Assembly: GCA_963734685.1 (NCBI GenBank)
Contig: CAVTIC010000001.1
Location: forward strand, 1,102,421-1,166,420
Direction: 5' to 3'
DNA length: 64,000 bases
Source: an uncultured Actinomycetes bacterium
Lineage (GTDB): Bacteria > Actinomycetota > UBA4738 > HRBIN12
The notes under the pieces are model-generated. The model did no database searches, was not told where the DNA came from, and was given only the letters and a program-made list of their open reading frames with translations. How positions within the stretch are numbered: the first letter of the stretch is position 1; each line of letters opens with the position of its first letter. This document shows, piece by piece, positions 1 to 7,638 of this stretch. The position numbers and the translations under genes were made by a program.

Positions 1-227
1 GCCGCGGCCTCGTCGAGCGCGTGGAACCGCCGCATCGGTTCGTGTTCCGCTGGCGACGCATCGAAGGCGCGGGGCTGCTGGGCCTGCATGCAGGGGAGCC
101 GACCCGGGTCGAGATCCTCCTCACACGGGTCGGTGACCACGCTACCCGCGTCGACATCGAGGAATCGTCGGCACCGATGCCGCTCGGCCCGGTCGCCCTG
201 GCGGCGTCGGGGAAGGGGGCGGCATGA
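1..227 (+). CDS. SRPBCC/AHSA1-like domain protein, C-terminal fragment (5' end lies outside the window)
   Basis: ORF tail '...EPPHRFVFRWRRIEG...' resembles the conserved SRPBCC (activator of Hsp90 ATPase-like) core; 4-nt ATGA overlap with the downstream ArsR gene. Confidence 0.5.
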   Translation, partial: RGLVERVEPPHRFVFRWRRIEGAGLLGLHAGEPTRVEILLTRVGDHATRVDIEESSAPMPLGPVALAASGKGAA

Positions 228-574
228 CCGGCTCCGGACACGACGACGGCAGCCATGGCGACCGCGACCGCGTCGATCTCGTCTTCTCGGCGCTCTCGGA
301 CCCGACCCGCCGAGCCGTGATCCGGTGCCTGTCCGACGACGGTCCCACCACGCTTGCCCGGCTCGCCGACGAGCTGCCCGTCACCCGCCAGGCGGTCTCG
401 AAGCACCTGGCGGCGCTCGAGCATGCAGGCCTGGTGACCACCGCGATCGCCGGTCGCAGCCGCACCTACCGACTGACCCCCGGTCCGCTCACCGAGGCGA
501 TGGGGTGGATGGTCGATGTCGGCGCCGAGTGGGACTCGCGACTCGACGCGCTCCGCCGCTACGTCGAGCGATAG
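224..574 (+). CDS. ArsR/SmtB family transcriptional regulator
   Basis: 116 aa; winged HTH stretch 'LSDPTRRAVIRCLSDDGPTTLARLADELPVTRQAVSKHLAALEHAGLV' typical of the ArsR family; SRPBCC+ArsR pairing is a common arrangement. Confidence 0.75.
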   Translation: MTGSGHDDGSHGDRDRVDLVFSALSDPTRRAVIRCLSDDGPTTLARLADELPVTRQAVSKHLAALEHAGLVTTAIAGRSRTYRLTPGPLTEAMGWMVDVGAEWDSRLDALRRYVER

Positions 575-673
575 GCCACCGACTCCCTGGCGCGCCCGAC
601 ACCCGATGCTGTCACTCCCGCGCTCAGAAGTGATGTAGGGTCCCGTTGCCGTACGACGAAACGAGGGGGAGCC

Positions 674-2136
674 ATGGGCGAGAACGTTCCGACCGCTTCC
701 GTCGGCGCTTCCGGCGCGCGCAGATCGCCCGGTCGGCCACCCACGCGGTCGTCGCGACGCAGGTCGATCGCCGTCGTGCTCGCCTCGGCGATAGTGCTCG
801 CAGCCGTGCAGGCGGTCGGCCCGATCGCATCCACGGCGGCCCCGACGCCGTCCCAACATCGTCTTGATCGTGACCGACGACATGCGCTGGGACGAGATGC
901 AGCGCATGCCGACCGTGCAGGCCGAACTGATCGGTAAGGGGGCCGGTTCCAGAAGGGGTTCGTCGTGAACTCGCTGTGCTGCCCCAGCCGCACATCGATC
1001 TTCACGGGCCGGTACTCCCACTCGACCGGTGTGTGGACGAACTCGGGCGCATTCGGAGGCTTCGCCGCGTTCAAGAAGGTCAAGGATCGACCATCGCGAC
1101 CTGGCTGGATGCCGCCGGATACCGAACGGGCCTGTTCGGCAAGGTCATGAACGGATATTCGTCGAAGCGCGCGGCCACCGTCCCTCCGGGGTGGGATCGC
1201 TGGGTCTCGATGGTCCAGCCACCCAACTACTTCAACTACAACCTCAGCGTCGACGGCCAGGTTGCCCACTACGGGTCGGCAGCCCGCCGACTACTCCACC
1301 GACGTATTGGCCGGGTACGCCCAATCATTCCTGAACGGGCTTGCGCCCGACGAGCCCTTCTTCATGGAGTTCGCACCGTACGCCCCTCACTCGCCGTTCA
1401 CGCCCGCGCCGCGGCATGCCAACAGCCTCGCCGACTACCAGCCGATCTCGCCACCGAATGCGGCCGAGGCCGACGTCTCCGACAAGCCGGCTTGGGTGCG
1501 CGCGTTGTCGGGGGGCAAGAACTGGAACAGCAAACGCAAGGCGCAGATGCAGACGCTGCTCGCGGTCGACGACGCGATCGCCAACATGATCTCCCTCCTC
1601 GGCGACGCGGGTCGGCTCTCGAACACGTTGTTCGTGTTCACAGCCGACAACAGTCTCTCGGGCGGATCCCATCGGTGGACCGCGAAGGAGACCGGATGGG
1701 ACGAGGCGCTCCACGTTCCGTACGTGGTGCGCTACGACCCCGCTCACCGGCGGCGTAGCGCACTACGCCGGACGGGCTGGTCCTGAATATCGACATCGCA
1801 CCTACGATCGCGGACCTGGCGGGCGTCGCTGCTCCAGGGGCAGACGGGGTCTCCCTCCGTCCGCTGCTGAACGGAACCGTTACGTCCGTGCGGACGGACT
1901 TCGGCATCGAGCATCTGCAGAACGGTGGCAATCCGCCGAGCTACTGCGGCGTCCGAACGACGACGCACAAGTACATCCGGTACTCGACCGGCGAGGAAGA
2001 GCTCTACGACCTCATAGCCGATCCGTTCGAGATGCAAAGCAAACACGCGGACCCGGCGTACGCGGCCATCAAGGCGTCGTTGCGCGCGCGAGCGCAAGCG
2101 CTCTGCTCGCCGACGCCGCCCGGCTACTCGTTCTGA
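674..2136 (+). pseudogene. Cys-type sulfatase (arylsulfatase / N-acetylglucosamine-6-sulfatase family) disrupted by at least 5 frameshifts
   Basis: Signal peptide (674..) followed by sulfatase motifs spread over four reading-frame segments: 'PNIVLIVTDDMRWDE' (frame 0, about 852-966), 'FVVNSLCCPSRTSIFTGRYSHSTGVWTN' (CxPxR formylglycine motif, 965..), 'STIATWLDAAGYRTGLFGKV' (976..), 'ADYSTDVLAGYAQSFL...LFVFTADNS...GWDEALHVPYVVRYDP' (1262..1786), 'LVLNIDIAPTIADLAG...YIRYSTGEEELYDLIADPFEMQS' (to 2136). Junctions near 850, 940, 1075, 1255 and 1760; three could be resolved and lie in homopolymer G/C runs. Confidence 0.7.
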
Positions 2137-2768
2137 GGGAGCGTCTCCCCCGAGCCCGGGGGCGGGGGTAGGTCGCGCGGGCCCGAGGGTCCGACCCCGC
2201 GGCGATGCCGCCACGCTCGTCGCACGCCCCAGATCAGCAGCGTGAAGAGGGCGACGACGAGTAGGAACGCCACCACGGGCACGATCACCGCGGTGAACGA
2301 GAGCAGCGTCGAGATGGAATCCTCGCCGAGCGAGAGCACCGGATTCCCGGCCCCGCCGGTGAACGCCGTCGAGGCCGGGCGGACGATCGTCCGCGCCCCG
2401 TGGGTCGCACCCGCCGCCGCCACCCCGAGCACGATCGCGAAGGCCGGGTCGACCGAGTCGTCGCCGGTGGCGGCGAGGGCGACGAGCGCGCCGGCGACCG
2501 GCGCCACCACGACGCCTATCGCGTGCAGCACGGAATCGATCGCAGGGATCTTGTCCCCGACGAAGTCCACGACGGCGATCACCGCGATCGCCAGCATGAC
2601 GCCGGGGTCGGCGAGACGGTCGTACGGCGCGTCGAGCGTGATCAGGTCGGTCCAACGTGCGAGTCCGCCCAGGATCAGCAGGGGCAGATAGGCGTTCAGG
2701 CCGGCCGCCGTCGACAGGCCCAAGGCGGTCATCAGTGAGATCACGGCGTCGGTCATGCCGGCCTCCAC
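2124..2768 (-). CDS. DUF4126-family integral membrane protein
   Basis: 214 aa, multi-TM, Gly/Ala-rich helices matching the DUF4126 pattern; immediately downstream of the PAP2 gene on the same strand. Confidence 0.55.
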   Translation of the reverse strand: MEAGMTDAVISLMTALGLSTAAGLNAYLPLLILGGLARWTDLITLDAPYDRLADPGVMLAIAVIAVVDFVGDKIPAIDSVLHAIGVVVAPVAGALVALAATGDDSVDPAFAIVLGVAAAGATHGARTIVRPASTAFTGGAGNPVLSLGEDSISTLLSFTAVIVPVVAFLLVVALFTLLIWGVRRAWRHRRGVGPSGPRDLPPPPGSGETLPQNE

Positions 2769-2935
2769 TATCGCAGGGAGAACCCGTCCGATCGCGCGGG
2801 GTCGCTGAACATGCCCAGCTCAAAGGGGGTTTCGGCTGCCCCGTGGAGGCGTCCGCCGTGCGTCGAGGAGCTGCCGGTGGACGGACCTCCGAGACCGCGC
2901 AGGTCGTGCGCGCACCGTATCCCGCGGCAGCCGCG

Positions 2936-3628
2936 TCACGATCCCGACGGGTCTCGGGGCGGCGGGCCGGGCGCGGGCGGGCGTGGGCGGATCAGCAGGT
3001 TGACGGTGCTGCCGGCGACCGCGCCGAGGGCGGCACCTCCGACGACGTCGAGGGGGAGGTGAGCTCCGACGTACATGCGACCGAAGAGCACGGCGAACCC
3101 GAGCACGAGCGCAGCGATCGCCCACCGAACCGACAGGTGGGCCGCCACGACGACGGTGAGGGCGGCGGCAACGGCCGCGTGTCCCGACGGGTAACCGAGG
3201 CTTCCCTCGCCGAACACCTCTCTGTTCTCGACACCGGTCAGCAGGGCGGCGGGTCGTCCGCGCTCCACGATGGGTTTGACCACGATGGCCAGGAGATAGA
3301 CGCCGACACCGGCGAGCAGCATCGCGATCGCCAGGCGGAACCGCCGGAACACGAGGGCGACCACGGCCAGGGCAGGGATCGTGATGAAGGTGCCGTACTG
3401 CATGACCGGCCACACCACCGTGTAGAGGCCCTGCGGCATGTCGTTGATCGCGCGGAACACGGTGACTTCGGCGTCGGAGAGCGCCGCCTCGGCAGCCAGG
3501 GTGCTCAGCGCGAGCACCGCGGTCGCGATCCCCAACACGATGAGGTCCCACTTCCTTCGGGCGATCGCCGACGCTGCGGTATCTCGCTCCGGCGCCGACC
3601 GAGGGCGAGCCGACGCTTCCTCGCTCAC
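2936..3628 (-). CDS. PAP2 superfamily phosphatase (membrane phosphatidic-acid/undecaprenyl-PP phosphatase-like)
   Basis: 230 aa, 5-6 TM; PAP2 motifs 'YPSGH' and 'GAHLPLDVVGGAALG'. Confidence 0.75.
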   Translation of the reverse strand: MSEEASARPRSAPERDTAASAIARRKWDLIVLGIATAVLALSTLAAEAALSDAEVTVFRAINDMPQGLYTVVWPVMQYGTFITIPALAVVALVFRRFRLAIAMLLAGVGVYLLAIVVKPIVERGRPAALLTGVENREVFGEGSLGYPSGHAAVAAALTVVVAAHLSVRWAIAALVLGFAVLFGRMYVGAHLPLDVVGGAALGAVAGSTVNLLIRPRPPAPGPPPRDPSGS

Positions 3629-3878
3629 GGCCTTCCCCCCTCGTCGTCGTGCAGCCCGGCCGAGTATGCGTCAGGGGCTCGCCCAGAGCCAGCCCAGCCC
3701 GGCACATCCTGGGCACACACGCGGGAGGACCACGCGCGGGCCATGGGGACGTGATGACACGTTCGTGATCCCGTTTCACCCGCTCAGGGCGTGTCTCCGT
3801 GTCAGGGCCTCGCGCTCTCCATCCCGCAGGAAGAACGGGCTAGGATTCGCCTCACCGCGGACAGGGAGGTCGCGATCG

Positions 3879-5537
3879 ATGAGCGTGGAACGACCGGCCG
3901 GCCTCGACGCACGCGATCGATCGAAGTTCCGGCGGCGACCGTCGGGTGACCCAGCGCCGTTGCCGCGCCACCTCGACCGGGGAGGCTGGGTGCTGGTCGG
4001 CGCGGGCGTGCTGCTCGTCGCGGTCAGCATCGTCGTGGGTCTGCCGTCGTTCAGCGACATGATGTTCCGCTTCGAGGGCGGCATCGGGGCCTTGGTGGGG
4101 GAGTTCCGCGTGCCCTGGCTCACCACGGTCATGCGCGGGATCGACACGATCTCCGACACCACCGTGGTGTGGGCGCTCCGAATCGCGCTGATCGTGGTCC
4201 TGGCGATCACCAAGCGGTGGTGGCACCTGCTCACCTTCATCGGTGTGCTTGTGGTCGTCGACGGCCTGTCCGCCTTGATCCTCGATGTCGTGGCTAGGGT
4301 CCGGCCCGTGAACGTCACGATCCTCACCGGGTGGCGGGGGTTCTCGTACCCCTCGATCGCGATCGTCACGCTCGCGGTGACGCTGATCCCGATGGTCTAC
4401 TCGCTCGTGCCGGGCGGGGAGGGCCGCCGGAGAGCCGGCTGGATCGTGGCGGGACTGATCGCGCTCGCGAGCGTGGCCCACGCATACCTCGGCGCGTCGC
4501 ATGCGCTCGACGTCGCGGCGGGAGCGGCGCTCGCCGCGACCGTAGCGATCCCGGCGTTCCGGTACTTCGTGCCCGAGGGGCTCGCCCCGGTGTCGTACGG
4601 AGGAGGGAACGCCGCGCACCTCGACCTCGGGGGCGAACGCGGACGGGCGATCCGCGAAGCGATCGAGGAGCAGCTCGGCTACACGGTGGAGAACGTCGCA
4701 CCCTTCGGCGAAGCGGGCTCGGGGGCATCGACCCCGATGCGGATCAAGATCGCGGAGCTCGAGGTGCCCCTGTTCGCGAAGCTGTACGCGACCCGGCACG
4801 TGCGCGCCGACCGCAACTACAAGATCGCCCGAACGGTGCTCTACGGCCACCTCGAGGACGAAACCCCGTTCGGCTCGGTACGCCGTCTGATCGAGTACGA
4901 GGACTACGCGCTGCGTCTGCTCACCGACCTCGGCGTGCCCGTCGCGGAGAACTACGGCATCGTGGAGCTCACGCCCGATCGCGAGTACATGCTGGTCACC
5001 GGCTTCTTCGAGGGGGCCTCGGAGATCGGGGACGCCGAGGTCGACGACACGGTCATCGATGAGGGGCTCCGGCTGGTCCGCACGTTCTGGGACAACGGCC
5101 TCGCGGCACGAGACGTGAAGCCCTCGAACTTCCTGGTGCAGGACGGGCATCTGCGCATGATCGATGTGTTCTTCCTGGAGGTGCGGGCCTCGTCGTGGCG
5201 GCAGGCCGTGGACCTCGCGAACATGATGCTCACGCTCGCCCTGCGCAGCGAGCCCGAGGTGATCTACGAGCACGCGCTTCGGTACTTCACCCCCGCCGAG
5301 ATCGGCGAGGCGTTCGCCGCCATCAAGGGCCTCGCGGTGCCCACCGAACTGTCGTCCGCGATCAAGAAGGACTCGCGCGACCTGGCCGCACGCTTCAAGG
5401 AGCTCGCTCCGTCCACACCCCGGATCTCGATCCAGCGGTGGAGCCTGCGCCGGGTCGGCCTCATCGCGGCCGTCCTGTTCGGCGGGCTGATTGCGCTGCT
5501 CGTGCTGATCGCCACGCTCGGGTCGGGGCTCTCGTGA
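3879..5537 (+). CDS. Membrane PAP2-like phosphatase domain fused to an eukaryotic-like (Kdo/RIO/ePK-type) kinase domain, with a C-terminal TM anchor
   Basis: Start moved to ATG 3879 (RBS AGGGAGG 8 nt upstream) because the longer ORF overlaps the divergent PAP2 gene. N-terminal ~230 aa has 6 TM plus 'SHALDVAAGAALA' (PAP2 motif 3). Soluble region has kinase signatures 'PLFAKLY' (beta3 Lys), 'ARDVKPSNFLV' (catalytic loop D-x-K-x-x-N) and 'MIDVFF' (DFG-like). Ends in a TM helix. Confidence 0.6.
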   Translation: MSVERPAGLDARDRSKFRRRPSGDPAPLPRHLDRGGWVLVGAGVLLVAVSIVVGLPSFSDMMFRFEGGIGALVGEFRVPWLTTVMRGIDTISDTTVVWALRIALIVVLAITKRWWHLLTFIGVLVVVDGLSALILDVVARVRPVNVTILTGWRGFSYPSIAIVTLAVTLIPMVYSLVPGGEGRRRAGWIVAGLIALASVAHAYLGASHALDVAAGAALAATVAIPAFRYFVPEGLAPVSYGGGNAAHLDLGGERGRAIREAIEEQLGYTVENVAPFGEAGSGASTPMRIKIAELEVPLFAKLYATRHVRADRNYKIARTVLYGHLEDETPFGSVRRLIEYEDYALRLLTDLGVPVAENYGIVELTPDREYMLVTGFFEGASEIGDAEVDDTVIDEGLRLVRTFWDNGLAARDVKPSNFLVQDGHLRMIDVFFLEVRASSWRQAVDLANMMLTLALRSEPEVIYEHALRYFTPAEIGEAFAAIKGLAVPTELSSAIKKDSRDLAARFKELAPSTPRISIQRWSLRRVGLIAAVLFGGLIALLVLIATLGSGLS

Positions 5538-6112
5538 CCCGGCCGCGCGCCCTCTTGCTGCTCGTCGCACTCTCGCTGTTGGCGCTCCCGGCCTGCGGCT
5601 CCATCGTGAGCCGTCCCGACGCGCGTCCGATGTGCTTCGATGACAACCGCGCGGTGATCCTTCTCGCACAGGCCGTGCCCGATGCGACCTGGGTGCCGTG
5701 CGTGGAGCGCCTCCCCGCCGGGTGGGACTGGGCCTCCCAGAACATCAGGAGCGGCTCGGGCGTATTCGTGCTCAGTCTGGGCACCGCGGCCGCCAGCACG
5801 GTCACCGTCACCCTGTCGCCCTCGTGCGAGACCGACGGCATGGAGCCGTTCAACGTGTCGAACACCGATGCGTCGATCTCCGGGTATCGGAAGCTGTCGA
5901 CGGATGCGGGCATCACCGGGGACTACCGCTTCGTCTTCTCCGGCGGGTGCATCACGTGGACGTTCGCGCTCGAGGCGGGCACGCCCGAAGCCATCCTCGA
6001 CGAGGTCGACAACGCGCTCGGCTTCCTGTTCCGGCCCGGCTTGGCCCACAGGCTCGAACGCGACGACGACGTGCGTCTGTGCGGCGCCGGTTCCCCCCCT
6101 TGCGAGGGGTAG
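5534..6112 (+). CDS. Putative lipoprotein (hypothetical)
   Basis: GTG start with GTGA overlap onto the upstream stop; signal peptide plus lipobox 'LALPACGS'; 192 aa, Cys-containing extracytoplasmic domain. Confidence 0.5.
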   Translation: MTRPRALLLLVALSLLALPACGSIVSRPDARPMCFDDNRAVILLAQAVPDATWVPCVERLPAGWDWASQNIRSGSGVFVLSLGTAAASTVTVTLSPSCETDGMEPFNVSNTDASISGYRKLSTDAGITGDYRFVFSGGCITWTFALEAGTPEAILDEVDNALGFLFRPGLAHRLERDDDVRLCGAGSPPCEG

Positions 6113-6122
6113 GATCGAGTGC

Positions 6123-6497
6123 TCACTCCAGGTCGCGCGAACGGGGCAGGCTCCGCGTGGGGGAGCGATAGTCGGGGTCCGAGCGCAACGTGAGGTACTC
6201 GACCGCCGCCCAGATCGTCTTCGATCGGGGATAGAACGCGAGCGGCACCAACACGAGCACGGCGACGCTGGCCAGGGTGAGGGGCAGCACCGGCACGTCG
6301 GGGACGGTCAGAACCAAGCCTATGACGAGCACCGCGATCCACATGCCGATCGCGACGATGTAGTTCAGCACCATCGCCCCGAGGTAGCCGCCCTCCTCCT
6401 TCTCGAAGCGCCACTCGCATCGGGGACACGCGCGACGCATCCGGAACCACGACGCGAACGTGTCGCGCTCGCCGCATCGCGGACATCGCCGACGCAT
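6123..6497 (-). CDS. DUF983 family protein (zinc-ribbon plus 2-TM)
   Basis: 124 aa; 'CPRCGERD...CPRCEWRF' double CxxC followed by two TM helices, matching DUF983 architecture. Confidence 0.6.
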   Translation of the reverse strand: MRRRCPRCGERDTFASWFRMRRACPRCEWRFEKEEGGYLGAMVLNYIVAIGMWIAVLVIGLVLTVPDVPVLPLTLASVAVLVLVPLAFYPRSKTIWAAVEYLTLRSDPDYRSPTRSLPRSRDLE

Positions 6498-6621
6498 CCC
6501 ACGCCCGAGGGTGGCGAGGACGCCGGCCTCGGGGTACAGCGCATCACCTCGACCGTCGAGGCTGGAGCTTCCTTCCCCTCGCGGGGTGCCGGAGCCCTCC
6601 GGCTCGAGCGAGGCGTAAGGA

Positions 6622-6984
6622 TCATCCGTCGTGGATCACCCAGAACTTCACGATGCGCTCCCGGATCACCCAGGTGCCCGCCGAGCCCTTCGGCGTCACG
6701 AGCACGTCACCCGGGCCGATCGTGAGCGTGCGGCCGCCGTCGGTCACGATGTCAGCGTCGCCCTCGAGGATCAGCGCCACCTCGTCGTAGGGACGCTCGA
6801 ACGACCACGTGTCGGGCTCGCGCTCCCAGAAGCCGGCCGAGATCGCCCCCTCGGCGGCCGAGAACACGTCGGCCTCCCGTCCACCGGAGGGGATCTCGCC
6901 GGGCGGGTCGACCAGCGGCCGCCACGTCTCGCGTTCACCCGACCGAACCACCCGGATCGCCATGTCCTGCACCACGTCGCTCAT
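6622..6984 (-). CDS. Cupin domain protein (cupin_3/DUF861-like)
   Basis: 120 aa; single cupin beta-barrel pattern 'LILEGDADIVTDGGRTLTIGPGDVLVTPKG'. Confidence 0.6.
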   Translation of the reverse strand: MSDVVQDMAIRVVRSGERETWRPLVDPPGEIPSGGREADVFSAAEGAISAGFWEREPDTWSFERPYDEVALILEGDADIVTDGGRTLTIGPGDVLVTPKGSAGTWVIRERIVKFWVIHDG

Positions 6985-7103
6985 CTGGTCGATGCCCTCC
7001 TGGGAGGCCGACTCCGGCCCTCGTCCTCGCCCGCAAGGCTACTCGCGTGTAGGACTTCCGGCGGGTCCGTCGTGACACACGCCAGGGGTATGCTTGCCCG
7101 ACC

Positions 7104-7526
7104 ATGGCGAAGAGGCAGGGCAGCCGGCCCACACGCACGCCGCTGGGGCGCAACCGACGCGCCGAGTTGAACGTGATCGACTTCACGCTCGCCAAGCGCG
7201 CCCTCTTGCGCGACGCGCAGGTGGGCGTACTGGGCATGACCGACATCTGCGACGCACACCCCGAGCTGATGCGGGCAGCGAAGCACGTGGGCGAGCCGAC
7301 GAGGCACGATTGCCCGGTCTGCGGCAAGGCGAAGCTGGTGCTGCTGGCCTACGTCTTCGGCGAGGGGTTGCGCGACCAGAACGGCCGCGTCTGGTCGATC
7401 GACACGGGTCTGCGCATGACGGCCGCTCACCCCGGTTCCAGCTGCTACGTGGTGGAGGTCTGCACCTGTTGTCAGTGGAACCACCTTCGCGAGGCGTTCA
7501 CCGCCCGCCACAGCGCCACCGGCTGA
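7104..7526 (+). CDS. DUF5318 family protein (conserved ponA1-adjacent protein, M. tuberculosis Rv0049-like)
   Basis: 140 aa with conserved Cys cluster 'HDCPVCGKAKL...CYVVEVCTCCQWNHL'; sits immediately upstream of the class A PBP as in mycobacteria. Confidence 0.6.
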   Translation: MAKRQGSRPTRTPLGRNRRAELNVIDFTLAKRALLRDAQVGVLGMTDICDAHPELMRAAKHVGEPTRHDCPVCGKAKLVLLAYVFGEGLRDQNGRVWSIDTGLRMTAAHPGSSCYVVEVCTCCQWNHLREAFTARHSATG

Positions 7527-7638
7527 GCGCGCCGATCCCCGCGAAGGCTGCGATGCAACCGTATCTCCATCGCACCGTCACACTGCCGAAGACCGCAGAC
7601 GGCATGTCGGCCGATGTCGCCCGATACAATCGAACGTC

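Noticed and set aside
674-2136. Sulfatase frameshifts as pure sequencing error
   Set aside because: Not excluded, since the junctions are in homopolymers. It is disfavoured because all other long genes in the window are intact. The gene is reported as a pseudogene with that caveat.
3438-3878. N-terminal 147 aa of the 699-aa ORF 3438..5537
   Set aside because: It overlaps the divergent PAP2 gene (2936..3628) on the opposite strand, and the translation is Ala/Arg-rich. An ATG at 3879 with a good RBS is preferred.
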